From Antedon mediterranea (Eukaryota; Animalia; Echinodermata), in the NCBI RefSeq assembly GCF_964355755.1, contig NC_092675.1, positions 19,502,912 through 19,566,911 of the forward strand: a stretch of 64,000 nt of DNA, given 5' to 3'. Below the pieces are notes generated by a model. It did not search any database, had not been told where the DNA came from, and saw only the letters and a list, made by a program, of their open reading frames with translations. The translations under genes and the position numbers were made by a program. Positions 36,101 through 51,100 of this stretch are shown piece by piece (positions within the stretch are counted from its first letter, which is position 1; the number at the start of each line of letters is the position of its first letter).

Positions 36101-39100
36101 AATTTATATGTTTATAAGTATTAATGGAAAATACACCCAAAATGTAAGTAAACATTTAATTGTTTTAACTGTTTTTTTTTAACTTGCCAACTATTATGGA
36201 TATGGTAGATTTTTTTCAATGATTTTACAAGTTGAAGGACCAATTCCACATACTGTGGACTTTAACATTGACATGTTATGATACAGTATACAATAGCTAT
36301 TATAGCATAATTTCATATTTTTTTCATGTCATTTAATTCCATTATGTAGGTCGCTTACATTAATCATGACCCAAATGCATTATATATTTAACATTTGTGC
36401 TGCAGGTTTGTGACCCAGAAAACCAAAATATAGGAGCAACACGACCTACATCTGGGACAATTCAACACAGAAACAGAATGTATTTCGTGTTATGGTAATG
36501 TTCTTAACCTGTTAGTGTGATGAGAGCTTCGATTTGAAATCCATTGGTAACAATAGGAATAGTTGTAATCCACGAGTGCTCGTGGCTACCGACCCATGGC
36601 ATTTGACTAGAACATTTGCCTTCCAGTCATTGTGTCTACATATATAATAAATTGCACACGCACCTCATAACAACAAAAAAGTGTCCATAATAAACTACCT
36701 TCCTTTATTATTTATTCTGATTTCTCTTAATGTTCTTGTTTAACATACTTGGTTTCATAATTTAATGTTACAGTCGTTGAAATGTACTACATATCATTTG
36801 GCAAAGTGGGACAAATTCTAAAACTTTAAATAACTTTTGTAATAATAATATTTGTAATAATATGTGGAATAAGGTGTTTAGGTCGACTAATTAATAAGGT
36901 AAAAGAAAGCATAAAATAAGCATACTGTACATACATTTTAGCATTCTAGTATAGTTTAAGATATTGATGCCAACTGTTAGGTTTTATAGTTGCATTCTCA
37001 AACCAATGCCTTATAATATTATATGGAATAATAGCCATAGAGATATAGTGAAAATGCTAGTATATGGTATCAAGGGAAAAAAGATCTATATATACATGAT
37101 ATACTACTAACAGCAAAAATGTTCACTCTTTCTTAAAAAGTATGTCAGAGAAAGATATCTCCTGGGTAACATCATTCGCTTCCAAAACTATGTTTGTGTT
37201 ATGACCCGATTCTCTTGTGCATTTTTTTCTCATTTTTATAAATAATTTAGATTAATTCGATTATAACAGACTGGTTGAGTGATCCTAGTTAAAACTAAAA
37301 CCATTATTTTGAAAGAAATAAACTATTGCACTGATGTTAAAAATCACTTTTACACTGGTTTCTGCAATTTATGTGGGTGGAGTTTTAGTGATAAATGCAT
37401 CGAAAAGCGGTTTGGTTTCTTGCTTGGGGCAAAGTCGCTAAGCTTAATTCTTCTGGCTTAATATCAATACCAGATTTTGTTCTACGAATTTTACTAAACC
37501 ATAGACCAGTAAAAGAACCATATGTCTTACCTGTGTTGTAGATGCATTAAACTGAATACCAATAAAGGCACAAAAACCTAAGCTCGCTACCACTGTTGCG
37601 CTTATTAAAAGTACTCCAAGAAGTCCTACACCACCCTGAGACTTGACACCATCAGTAAATTTCACCATGGTTAGAAAAGCAAATAGCACCTGAAATAAAT
37701 AAATGTAACAAAAAACGTCATGATTAGGTAAGCAGTGAACAAACCATAGCTCCGCAAATTATTAAAAATCCAGTTTTTATATCATCTTTATACCACAATT
37801 GTTTATAAGTATCGTAATTATAATACAATATTACTTAACATGACAACACCATTGAACCGCCCATAATTTTATTCCAGTTTTTTTGTTAAGCTCTGTCTAC
37901 ACTACAAAACTAGTTTGACAAAAATAAAGCGTGATATGACATCATGTCCATATATGGGTACATCACATTTTTTTTTGTCACATAAAGTTTGATAGTGTAC
38001 ACACAGCTTTAACTAATCTATAATAATTGTTTGCATGATATGTTTTTGACTCTCTATATCTTCAGCATTCCAGCACTTCAATAAGCATTGAAAATAATAT
38101 GTTTTTAATACTTAAAAACATGTGTTATTTTAAAAAATGGATTTGCTGAATTTATACAAATAAAGTACAAAGCCAGAAAGATTGGGGTGACTTTTTGTTT
38201 ATTTTATTTCTTATTTTGAAAGATTGTCTTTTTCTACACAAAAGAAATGTAGAAATTCTAAACAAAATCTATCTAGTACAATACTCACCATCAACAAGTA
38301 GCCACCGATAACATCAGGAAGGCTAGTCTCAGAAAACTCTGCCAGCACTTGGTTCATGGACGCTTCAGAAAATGCATTGACATCTTGGGTAGGATGATTA
38401 GGTTCGCTGTTCCGGACAACCTTTTAAGAAAACAAAAACTGGTTTTAAAAAGCTGGACACTTTCAATACGAAATAAATATAGTGTTACAACAGTTAGCAA
38501 CAGATAATCATAGCAACACCTTAAGATATATTGAAGTGTGTATGTTAGGTTACTCCTACCAAGTGTGGGGCTAATGGAATACTTCCATGGATATAGAGTG
38601 TTCAATAATAGAGGAATAGGCTATTGTGGTTCCCACTATAACACAACAAGCAGGTTTGATTTCAAGCAGGCGATGCAAACACAATTATTGGAAGGGCATT
38701 GCTTATGTTGCATCACTAGTGGGAACCAAGCTTTAGCAAATTTGATCATGTTACCTTAGTAAACTCCTTCTGCCAGGCATCCAGTATCTCTTTAGCCTTC
38801 TCCTCTGTCCATTTTATGTGACTGACTCTCTGATGGTTCTTCCAGTTATCATACATGTTCTTTTCACTTTTTAACAGAAAAATTGTTTCAAGGGCTTCGG
38901 CACTGCAAAAGGTAAACCAACATTTAAACTTTATTTGAAAATTGAAAAACATTTTTAAAGTTGAGCTCCACTCAGATTTTCTCAGCTTTTATATTAAGCA
39001 TGATTAATTGAAAGTGATTACATAACAAAAACCGGGAAAATACGGCAATATTTTTCAAAAACTCATTTCTAAAAATCGGTCGGAAAATAGTGTTTTTTAA

Positions 39101-42100
39101 TACGTTACACTTTTTCAGTAACTTAGAGGTTATTAGTTTACAATACGTCGCAACATTCTAATTAGCAAAAAGACAGACAGCAATGAGGAAGTAGACTATA
39201 CTTAGTACAAAAATAACAATATTTTAGCTGAACAAGAGCAAATTAAACACTCTTACCTTATTATATGATCACTCTCATTCTTCTTGATTCCACCCATTAT
39301 AAGTTCTTCTGGCCAGTCCATGTACTCTTTGGCATAACCACTGCATCCTCCCGTCATAAGTGATGGGAAATTAGGAATCTACAATAAAGAATACAGAATT
39401 TAGGGATATATAAATTGTTTAGCAGAAGTTAATGAATATAATGTACCACTATATATAATTAGTATTTGAGAAGACTAATTAAAGGATCTTACCTCTTTCG
39501 AAATCTTGTTCGGTGCTTTTGATGGGCAGTCGGGATCATATGGGTTGAGACATGGCCGGTCCTGATACCCGTGACCGATTCCAGACTAATAACAAAATGT
39601 ATACACGAGAAATTAAATCTTATAATGCAAATTCAACTTTATTATATTTTGTATAAAGTATATGTTGCTCTTCAAGGAGAATAAAGCTATTTATTGTTTA
39701 TCTAAGTTAGATAATAATAAAATAGACTTACTGTTTTGTATTGGTACAAAATAAACTTAGATAATGGTAAATGTGAAAACTAAATGTGTATGGCATAAAA
39801 ACAATTTCAATTTACTTACATCATCCAACATGTCTTTTATGCCTTCAGGGAAATAGCTTTTTAATGTTGGATGCTCTAAGAGTGCATAAGGATCTGTTTT
39901 TGTCCAAACTAATGGCTCATCCAATTGACTAAAATAACAAATAAACCATTTGTAATCATCTCTTTGAAATAGACTACCATAGAGCTATAACAAATTAGAG
40001 TGAGGATTGCAGCATAGAGTACGTAGTTAGCAAAACGCCAATTATTTTGAATTTTTAAATAAATGGTTTATTCTACTTATTCTATGCAGCAGAAACATAC
40101 AAGGTCAGAAAGATGGCTTTTTAGTGAAAATGAAGTTGGGTTGGTAGCCTGTAAACTAGGTTGAAGAATCAAACCTGGGGATAGTGACAAGCTCAGCCTG
40201 GCAAATTGCATACATGTTTCATTTTATTGTTGAGTGTCTGTAACTGGTCATCCTCGAATGGATTCAATGTAACTAGTAATTTCAGTAGCCTCTTTGAGCA
40301 TGACCATTCAGGCAGATAATTAAGTGCCAAACAGACTTGACTAAATTTCGTGGTAAACATCCTCAATGGTACATGGCTAACATAGCAATTATCGGTTTTG
40401 GCATCTAGGGAGAGGCAGTAAAGACATCCAAAGGGACAAAAAAATGAAGTTGACCGAAGAATTAGCAAGACATGATGAATGTACTTATTCTACAGTATTA
40501 TTAAAGGTTATACCATTGTCAAAACGTTTTAGGTGAAAGATTTGGATTTAACTTTATTCAAATTAAGAAAGAAATAATTTTTGGTAAGGGCAAGGCTTTG
40601 TTTTTGAACATAGCACAGTAACAAAAATGTTTTTACTTACGGAATATAAATTGGATTTTCAGGTCCTAGAAGTTTTGAACCCTCCCAAAAGCAGTCCAAA
40701 GGCGTTATAATTGTACAAGGCATGAGATTTTCAAAGATCTATAAATGATTAAAAAGGTATTAAAATGAGCACATAACAAACACAAAAAATGAAAATAACA
40801 AATTAACAAAAACAACATACTTTAAAATCTCATACAATTTCTAAATGATATTTGTTAATAATAATAAACAGAATAACTTCTAAATGTTCCACCCATATCA
40901 GCAAACAATACAATCATTGAACAATAAAAACAGTTGATAAAACAACAAACTACAGTATATCATTATCAGTCTTTTTTAATAAATTAAACACAAAATAAAA
41001 CTTAAACTTACATAATCTGCATACGTTTCAAATGAAGGAAAATTTTCTACAAAACAAATATCCTTGAATTTCCACGTTCTGAAAAGCAAAAATACCAACA
41101 AGTATAATAAATTAGTTTTGTAATATACAGACGTGGCTAAAGATAATATTATTATGAATATAAATTATTCATATGATAGCAAATGGGCAAAACCTATTAT
41201 TATTACAATGGAAATGGTAAACCCTAATTTTGAAGGTAAATTTTACCCACCATTTTGCGGATCGATGTATGAAATTAGGAGAAATAGAAATGTACAAATC
41301 TTCATTCATGTTATATTCTGAATAAAGAAGAACCTTTCCTTTGAGACACCTCTATTAAGGGAACAATTTTTCTAGAAACAATAAAGGCTAATATATATTT
41401 GACATAGCGGCAAGCCCCATTTAGAGCACACCCACATGGAAACACTTTCTTGCGTTCTGAATATTTCCTATTAATAGGGGTTTTACTGTAGTAAATTGTC
41501 ATATTTCAATATCAAATAAAAATGTTACTTTACTTACACATCAAACATATCAACAGAAACTTGCGTTGCTAATAACGATACATTCAGATGTAGTTGTATG
41601 TGTTCTTGTGTTAATATATTCATCTCGCTATGTTTTGGCGATTGGATTATTAGTTGGCTTGCACTCCTTGCCCCCTTCCCCAATGTGTCAAAGGTGTACT
41701 GCAATTCACGTTCAAGTCTTCCTCCCTCTGGAAAATAAAATTAAATATAAATATTAATTAAATTATGTAAAAGAATAATATAAACAAGGAGATGCACTAA
41801 ACTTGTTTACATTTTTTAAATCGTTATAAATCGCTGCTCTTCCTCTCAGAAGGGCATGGGCCACTGTTGGTTTATTCATGTAAGTATACTTCCATCCATG
41901 GTTTATCCAAGCATGAAGTAACTTATTTCGCCATGATCTAGGTAAGCCACTCTAAGCACTAAATAGACATGTTTAATTAAGATGATTAGGCTAATAAGCA
42001 AATGTGTCTTTAACCAGTAAAATAACCAGGTCTACTGTAATAATAGTAAAATTTCAAACACATGTTGTAATTTCTATGATCACAATAAAGTAAAGACTTT

Positions 42101-45100
42101 GTCTAATTAAAAGATTTTGTGAAGTTCTAATCAAAGCATGCATTTTGGATTACAGGTATCTATTTCAAACTGGATGATCTTGGTGAAAACAATCTATCAC
42201 GATTATTTTGAGCCTACTGATAAACCCAATGTGTTTAATAAATGCTCCTTGTAATTGATAAAAAGGTTATCACTATACTTGAACTATATTAAGTCATCAG
42301 AGGCATGCATGATGGGGGTAATGCCTTCTTATACTGTACTAAAAAAAATGTTAAAGACTATGTTTACAAAAGCTGTTTCAAAATTCTTTTGTTATGTTTA
42401 GGGCAGGTAATCAAACCTTACTCATTTGAAGGTTATAAAATAGGTTTCATGTTGAATTTAAACTTTTATAAAGAGGATGGATACAGTAGTTAAAATTGAT
42501 GGTTGTACTTTTAATCCAATTTGCTAATATTCACGCTACAAAATAAAGTTCAGTTTTCACCAAAAAAAGGTATACATCAGTTTAAATTTTGACAAAACAG
42601 TCAATCATCAAGAACTGATTTTGTAAAACGTGTTTGGTATCTAAAGCATTATGTAAGTCATATGATGATATTTTATCTGTGTTACATTATGTTATAGCAT
42701 AGAATGTGCCAAGAAATTTAAAGGGAAAACAGTGACAATTGACAAGTGACAATCATGAATTCAGCTCTAAAGAATTCAGGCGGTTATTTAAACTTATTTT
42801 TAATAAGACGTTTTGCCATACAATTCATTGTTTATTTAAATTCCAATTTATATTAAAAATATGAAGAATCTTTCTTTCAAAACTGAACACCTTTTTAAAT
42901 TATTCAAATAAAAAAAAATACTGTAATGTACAATAACGGTCCAGTTACAGTAGTACAATATAATATACTATGTTATTAATACATTACTAGCACACTAACC
43001 TAAACTACCTTATAAACAAATTATTTTAAGATTACACTAACGACCACAGTGACTACACTGTCATAATGGATTCACAGACATGTAATTCAACATATGAAAG
43101 TTATTATACCAATAATTTATCATAAACAATTTCAGTAAACTGACATGAGTACTTGGCTATTAAACCTACAGACATGCATTCAAGCTAGGCCACCCCTGAA
43201 CCATATCTAAAACCCCTTCCTCTTTCATGATTTTCGTAAAATATATATTTTCACATTCTTAGTCACATGGGAATATTAACTTTAGGTACAATGAAGCTTA
43301 GAAATGCTATAGGTAATGCAAGCATTCTCATTTTGAGGATCTTGATTTATGGTGTTAACCTTGATAAACTTACTACTGATGGCAGCATGGTATTTTATAG
43401 TAAGAGCATGTTATTCTATTAATAATAATTTTGGTATACACTTTCTTTATATACAGTTATACTGCAGTACTCTACAGTAAGCGGATTAAATAAGATACAA
43501 ATGAAAAAATAATTTGTAATTTGAAGAATTATTAAGTCAGAAGTCAAAAAGTGAGTTTTGGTTAAATAAATTAACCGTATATTTTATCTTTTTTAAAGTA
43601 AAATCATGATTTATGCTTTTTTTCTTTTGTTGTTAAAGTAAGTTTCATGGAACAATACATACAGTACAGTATTTATATTTATTGTATTGTAATTTGTACA
43701 TAAAGATATTTCATTTAAAAACTGACCACTTTATTGTTTTCTTAACCACTGTAATGAAAGGATTTTGGATGTTAGATGGGAAACTACAGTAACATTGGAA
43801 CAAAGAATACTAGAAGACCCACTGTAGAGGGATGCAAAGTCAAGATCTTCGTGACATGGACCATCTGAAGGTAAGCCATACTTTTTCAAGTTGTTTTCAC
43901 TAGCAATGAAGAAATTATGCTCATGTGGTTATGGAGTCCATTCTGTGTGTGGTTCATCTCAGCGGTAAAAAAAGGTTACCCAACTAAACCAGTAATTTAT
44001 AGAAGTAAAAATAACAAAAGTGATAACAGGCAAAACTTTGAATTTTGTGGGATGAATTATTATCAAAGACATTCTTGTTTCAGTAATAAAACTCCAAGAT
44101 AAAAATAGATATAAAATAAACATCAGGAAAATTAAATATATTTTTAAAATCTCCAATAAAGTTATAGTGTTTGTAAAGAAGATATTACAGTACAGTACTT
44201 ATAAATAAATGTGTATTTATAAATAATAATAGTTTTAGATAGACTGTTTTAAAACTCTGAGCACACTGTTTTAAAATTGTTACTGTAGTCTATAGTATTA
44301 AGAATTTACCAAAACTTTACTAATCTCATACCAGTTCATGTTTTTGTTAATACAGTACATTATCTACTTTCTGTTCAGAATGGGTCAAATTTTTCTTTCA
44401 CATCTTTTGTTTTATCGTTCTTAAGCCCCTTTCACACAGAGCTGTAAGACGGTAATATGGCGGTAATTCGCGAACGCCGGCTTATGTGTGAAAGGGTAAA
44501 AACCCCTTAATGCCGGCTTCCGTTAGACCGCCTCTGGACCTAGTAAAATTGCGGTAATATTACCGTCGCGGTCGTAAGCCTGATCTGTGTGAAAGAGTCC
44601 ACGATATAACGCCTGCTTACGCAGTGAAGCAAGGATAAATTCGGGACATTTTCCTTGATTGAGAAAGACTGTGGCAATTACTTTAGGCCAAATTATTTCT
44701 GATTATATCCATAATTATATATATTTTTAGGTTAGTTTGTAAATAATACAATGGAAGAATACGGCCAATAGTAATAAAAATATAACAGATGTTGGTCCAA
44801 AGATTATTTAACTTGCTGTAACGTACGTAAGCCTAGGCCCTAGTTAGCATAGTTCTAGCAGGAACATCCTCCGGTGCGCGCTCCCGGTGCTAGCTCATAA
44901 CAGCTTCTGATAATTAAATTCGCGTCCATTTGTAGGCCTAATAGATTTTGTTTCTGTAGAATGGCCATCACGATCGGGCAGTTATTAGCACGGAGTGGTG
45001 TTGGGCAAAAATATAGATTTTATGCATCGTAAATAAAAAAACTAAACGACGGACACACAAAACAACATCAGCAAACATGTGCGCGCATGGCATGTTTTGT

Positions 45101-48100
45101 CGCCGGCGGCGGGCGAGGTGCCCGCCATTTTTTTTTCTCAAAAAGTGCGACCTCTATTTTATGAGGACAGTAATCTTTAAATATTGCGCCTTTTCACTGT
45201 GGCCTTTCACACAGAAGACGGTAAAATTACCGTAATATTACCTTCTGTGTGAATGGGTTTAGACCGGCAATAACGCCGGCTTGCTTACCGCAATATTGCC
45301 GAAGTTCTGTGTGAAAAGGCCTTTACATAGGTGATATAATACAAATAGACTTGTCAGTCATCAGAGAGATCATGTTTGTTTAGGCTGACAGACGTGCCTA
45401 AAATACAGTACATATAACAGTAACTTCATTTATTTTTTCCAACCAACAACTGTGAACCAGCTAGGGTATTGACAGTTTTCCACTTTCATGATAAATTAAA
45501 CCATATAACTATGGTTGGTAGCAAGGTCTAGTAGTAAATGGGGATGACAGTTCTACCATTATGTTTATTTCTTTAATTCCTTATTCACTGGAATTACTAT
45601 TTGTTACCACAAATATCTATTGCTTTGTACTTGTATGGATATTGAATAGCCTTCAACAACCACATTCAAAAGTTCAAAATTGAGCATCTACTACAGTACA
45701 GTACTGTACTAAAAACTACAGATTTAGAACATTTATACAATGTACAAAGATATCTTCTATAAAAGTATAATGAAATTTAAAACATCACAGCAACATTAAT
45801 TTGAATTTGGAAAAGGGCCCAATTCTTCTTTTATATTAAGAAAAGATAACTATATGTTTTTCTACATTTTATAGACAGTACTGTAAACTATCTTAACATT
45901 CGTTTTATGGAAAAAGGAAAATTCTCACTACATTTATTGACACAAAGACCCTGAAATAGGTCACCACTCTTCCAACCAAGGCTTTTCCATTTGGCTTGGA
46001 TTATCAATTATTACAGTAGAATACTGGAAGTGGTCTGTAAAATACACCAGTTGACCATTTGGATGAGATTGTGGAATTCTGAAGTTGTCTTGGCCTTGAG
46101 ACATTAACTATATTTTGACCAACATCATTAATAACTTGCACTTCATTTAATAATGGGTTTATATTTCTGTACAATCTATACTAGCAAAGTACTATAACTC
46201 CAAAACTACACTAATGGCATTTAATATAACAGTATATGGATATTACAGTATTTAATATAAATATAAAAAAATTAAAAAGAAAACAACTCATATATTGGTA
46301 ATTTATAACCCTTTAATGAAAATGGACAAAAAAAAACTTTACTATATACCACAGGTACACAGGGTCACTTCATTTAATAATGGGTTTATATTTCTGTACA
46401 ATCTATACTAGCAAAGTACTATAACTCCAAAACTACACTAATGGCATTTAATATAACAGTATATGGATATTACAGTATTTAATATAAATATAAAAAAATT
46501 AAAAAGAAAACAACTCATATATTGGTAATTTATAAACCCTTTAATGAAAATGGACAAAAAAAAACTTTACTATATACCACAGGTACACAGGGTCAGTCAT
46601 CAAAACTGATGTGTGTTTCTTCAACATAAATACCTCAATCTCTAACCTTGTTTATTTGTCTAGTATAGAGCAAATTGTTGAGAAGAAGATAAAAACTTTC
46701 ATATGGCATGATGTAAGCCTATTTCAATGGGTTGTTACTATCAGGCCACACATACTTTATTTATTATTCAGCAAGGCTTCTCATAATTATGGAAGGCTCC
46801 GTGGAACATAACCCCTACTAAGTATAAAGAGGATAAACTTAGCATGTACCATATAGTAAAGTACATGTACAGACAGTTTCAAAATGGCTGCAAGTACCTA
46901 CATTTAGTAGTATATTGTAAAAACAATTTTGATTCAAATCTAGTAATACAGTAGTTAACATTAGGTTAAAGTAAAATCTCTGGAAGTTTGGAAGTTTTAA
47001 GCACAAAAACTAAATTAATTTGTTTAATAAAAAATGTCGTTTTCTGGGTTTGTCAGAAGATGTAATTATGATAGTGACCTTGAATAGAAGAAATACTAGA
47101 CTAGGAGAAACTCTACACAGATTCAAATTACCTAAACACTTGCCATAATTAGGTTCTATCTTATGGACCAGGTCACAGATGACCCTACCTCCCACTGATA
47201 TCAAACTGACCCCAACACCTGTCAAGATGAGGTCAAAGGTTAGTATCCACTGTGCATCATGTTTCATGATTGCATTAAACAAGAATTTGTTAGTAAAAAT
47301 AGATTTGTTGACATTCACAATCACAGAACATACAGTACTGTAGTAAGTGTATTATAAATATGATGAATGCCCTTTACTAAACTATTCAGGGGGTATAATT
47401 TAGCAGTGGCTTGGTGGTGTAGTACCGTACATGCTAATTTTTAGTTAAAGTTACACTGCTGCTACAGTATATAATAGACATAAACACTGTACCTTTCATT
47501 GTCCTTGGTTAGGACATATATATTGGGGTTTTATGCAAATTTCTAAAAATGCTTGCATATGCTGTATCAGCTACAGTATTATTGTCAGCGAAATCATGAT
47601 CTACAGTACGTATACCAATGATTCTGCACATCAGAATCAGTGTTGGAAAAATTAGCACGGACTTGTGCAATAATTAAATTTGAAAATATTTGTTATCTTT
47701 CCTCTGTTGTACACATTTTGATGTACTGTATCGGAATATACTGTGCATATATGTCCCTGTTGGTTGGCAAGTAAAGATTACAGTACTGTAACTTTATCGC
47801 CACAACACATATCTACTGTGTTTTATATAAAAGGTGTACTCTTGCACTGTTTAGGGTAGGCTACTATTTTAACATGTACTACTGTAGCATGTGTATTTAT
47901 AATTAAACTTCTAAACACAGTAGTACCTGTACTGCACAATATACTGTATTGGTACTACTGTATATGAAAATATTGCTTTACTGTATAGTATAGTATAGTA
48001 GTAGGTACTGTAGATCCTGTGTTGGAAAACTTTAGAATACATATTTGAAGACATACTGTAGAGTACTGTACGATAAACACAGGATCTACTGTACTGTACA

Positions 48101-51100
48101 GTAAAGCAATATTTTCATATCATACCAATACAGTATACTGTGCAGTTACAGGTACAGTACTGTGTTTATTTATAAATACACATGCCAGTACGGTACTGTT
48201 AAGTAGCAAGAACTATACTAAACTTAGTAGTCATGCTGTATTAAGAATTCCCTTACAAATTAACCTAAAATGAAGAAATTTGTGTTTTGTTTTTCTTAGT
48301 TCATACATATGGGTGGTTGAGTAAGGCTCACGTTGGCTAAACACCGGGGAGAAGCATTGCAACTGGGTGGATTAATTCTAGGCCTGCAACATAACACCTC
48401 CAGCTCTAATATGGCACAGCGTGAAGCGCCGACACAGCAAGTTCGATTACCTCTTTTCTTCAGGAATCTTATTGAAAGCATGGTATATGATAGAATTTCA
48501 GATGACATGGGAGTTAACAATTAACAAACTTTTAACTTTTAGTCAATTTGTGGAGACTACTATTTAATGACAAAAATCCAGACAGCTTTTGTAACTCATC
48601 TGCACATATTGTGTACAAGAATGAATAAATGTTAATTTATGTTGATATTATTAAAATATTGTAGAAAAATGAGTTATTGAACAATCAATACAGTATGCAC
48701 ATTTTCAATTTACACTACACTTACAACAGCATGCTACAGTAGTACTGTATGATCCTTAGTTTCTTTAAAATGTGAACTTGTTATAAAAATTGGCGTTTTG
48801 TGTAAGTATACACTTACTGTAGATATTCTCTGCTGAAGTACATTAAAAACAGACAATATAACAGTACCGATGATTGTAATAATACAAATTAGAATTGTAC
48901 TACAGTATATGCTTCAAACCAAATTTTAAATTAGTTTTCCGGTACACATAAAATCATTAAAAAGTTCAAAAGAGGATAATACACTCACAGTGAGTGTATC
49001 GGTTTCTCTGTAATGTGCATTTTGAACACATTTCGGCAAATACCTGCAAGTAAAAAGGTTATGTTTTTTTGTGCCCACAATGTGTGCCTTGTCTAAATGT
49101 GGTTAGTGGGTCTAATTTCCATTAAAAAACCTCATTAACTTTTGATCATTTATAGGCTTGACAGAAGTCAAATTTTGATACAACATTTTCAAAACTGCCT
49201 CTGGAAAAATTGTCAAGAATGCTTAAAATAAGAAAGACCTAAAGAACAGTAAACAAAGACTTTTAATTACAATACAACATTACTAATTATCTCTCAATGT
49301 GCAAAACAATATTAAATGTTATACCTTTCTGTACACACAAGAGTACAATATACACCGAACAAAAGATAGTTTACTTAATACACATATCAATAGATTTGAA
49401 ATGCTTGTTAAGTATTCAAGTAAACAAGTTAATCTTTGAATTAGTTTAAAATAAACATATTAAATTGTAATAGTAAATACTTACTTACTTAAATATACTT
49501 ACTACTGTATGTTAACAATGATACATTATGCAAGCTAAATTAATAATACGGTACATGCACACGTTTTGAAGAACAAGAAGATGATAACATATCCATATAC
49601 TGTACTTCAAATCAAAGACTTGCTGTATATAGTATTACTAGACTTTCTAGAATGCTTCTGGGGGTTGGCGCTTAAACATCAAGGTGTGTGTGTGTGGAAA
49701 GTCTTAAAATGTTTTATTGCCTATATAGAAAAAATTTACATTTTCAGGGATACTAATTTTATATAATATAATTATATATTATAAATAAAACATTACAATT
49801 ACATAATATGGATGTAATTGTCATGATTGGAGGCGGCCGTTGACAACCACTTCTAAATCTTTTGCCAAAAAAGTACAGTATGTTTATCCATCGTGTACAA
49901 GAGCCAAAATGACGGAAATGAAAAAGTCAAATTAAAAAAAATTATACTGTACAACAATACATTGATATTTTGGAAGTTTTAAACTTTATACAATATTAAT
50001 GGTTGAATTTCTTTTTAGAGTTTATAGTCTGTCCAGTTACGGTTGAATACTTTGAATCCTGCACTTTTGTAGGTTACTTCAGTGCAATATTTTGTTGACT
50101 ACTTTGCCTAATTTAGTACACCCATCTTTCTGGAAATCGACTCATTAAAAATACAGGAAATCTTTCAATTTCAATTGAGAAAATACCCAGTTGAATTGAA
50201 CCTTTCAATGAACAATCAAGGAAATAATCTGATGATAAGATAAGTCTGTAAACCTCACCATTGAAACCCTACAAATAAAAGATCTGTACCTGTTACTATT
50301 CAGGTTCCAACAATAAAAGAAAAAATGTGGTTCAAACAAATTTTTATTCTAGATCGGATTTAAATAATTGTTAATAAAATGTCCATACTGCAATTCATAG
50401 ATAGTAGTTAGTACACAGTATAGCATTATTCGATAGGGGTGCTATTTTATATATACAGATCTTTCTTTTTTGTAAATTGTATCCTCTCTTCGGAGAGAGA
50501 GCCTATATATTGTCGGTTTATCCAGGTAAGCAGGCACAAAATAGACTGCAACAACCACATATTTAACTTATTATAGATTTCATCAGTAACGGTTCTTTAC
50601 TTATGTACATAATTTGGTTATGATGTTTACATTTAGAAACAAAAACTTTACAGTTTTATACAATTTTAATACATGTATATGTTGTTGACCTACATTTGTG
50701 CCTACAGACTGGTGTTCAGAACTTTCATTCTGATTAAATACATAAAAAGGATGTTCAGTATTATATGGAAAAGGGTTTACATACTACAGTATATGTTTAT
50801 CACATCATCAAGACATACTGTAGAAGGTTGCAATCTGATACATTATTTTAATCAGGACTTCCTAGACCACACACATCAATTTTTACCACTCATTGAACTT
50901 AATTAAAAGATAAATATAGAATAGTTTACCGAAATCATCAGGCTCTGCACTTTGTATTTTGAAATCATAGAGTCAAGTATATTTTAGATACAAATGTTTA
51001 TATTTCATCATAGTATTCTGAAATCACAGTACAGTATGTTTATTCCTGATAGCATTAGAGAGGTTTCGCAATCTTACGAATACGATAACGAAAACGGATA

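Noticed and set aside
41290-41490. Tc1/mariner-like end (TACAGTAAAACCCCTATTAA on minus strand)
   Set aside because: No convincing matching second terminus found.
48296-48524. Overlapping short ORFs in the large Patched intron as a nested gene
   Set aside because: Short, non-ATG or without convincing splice context, and no recognisable motif.
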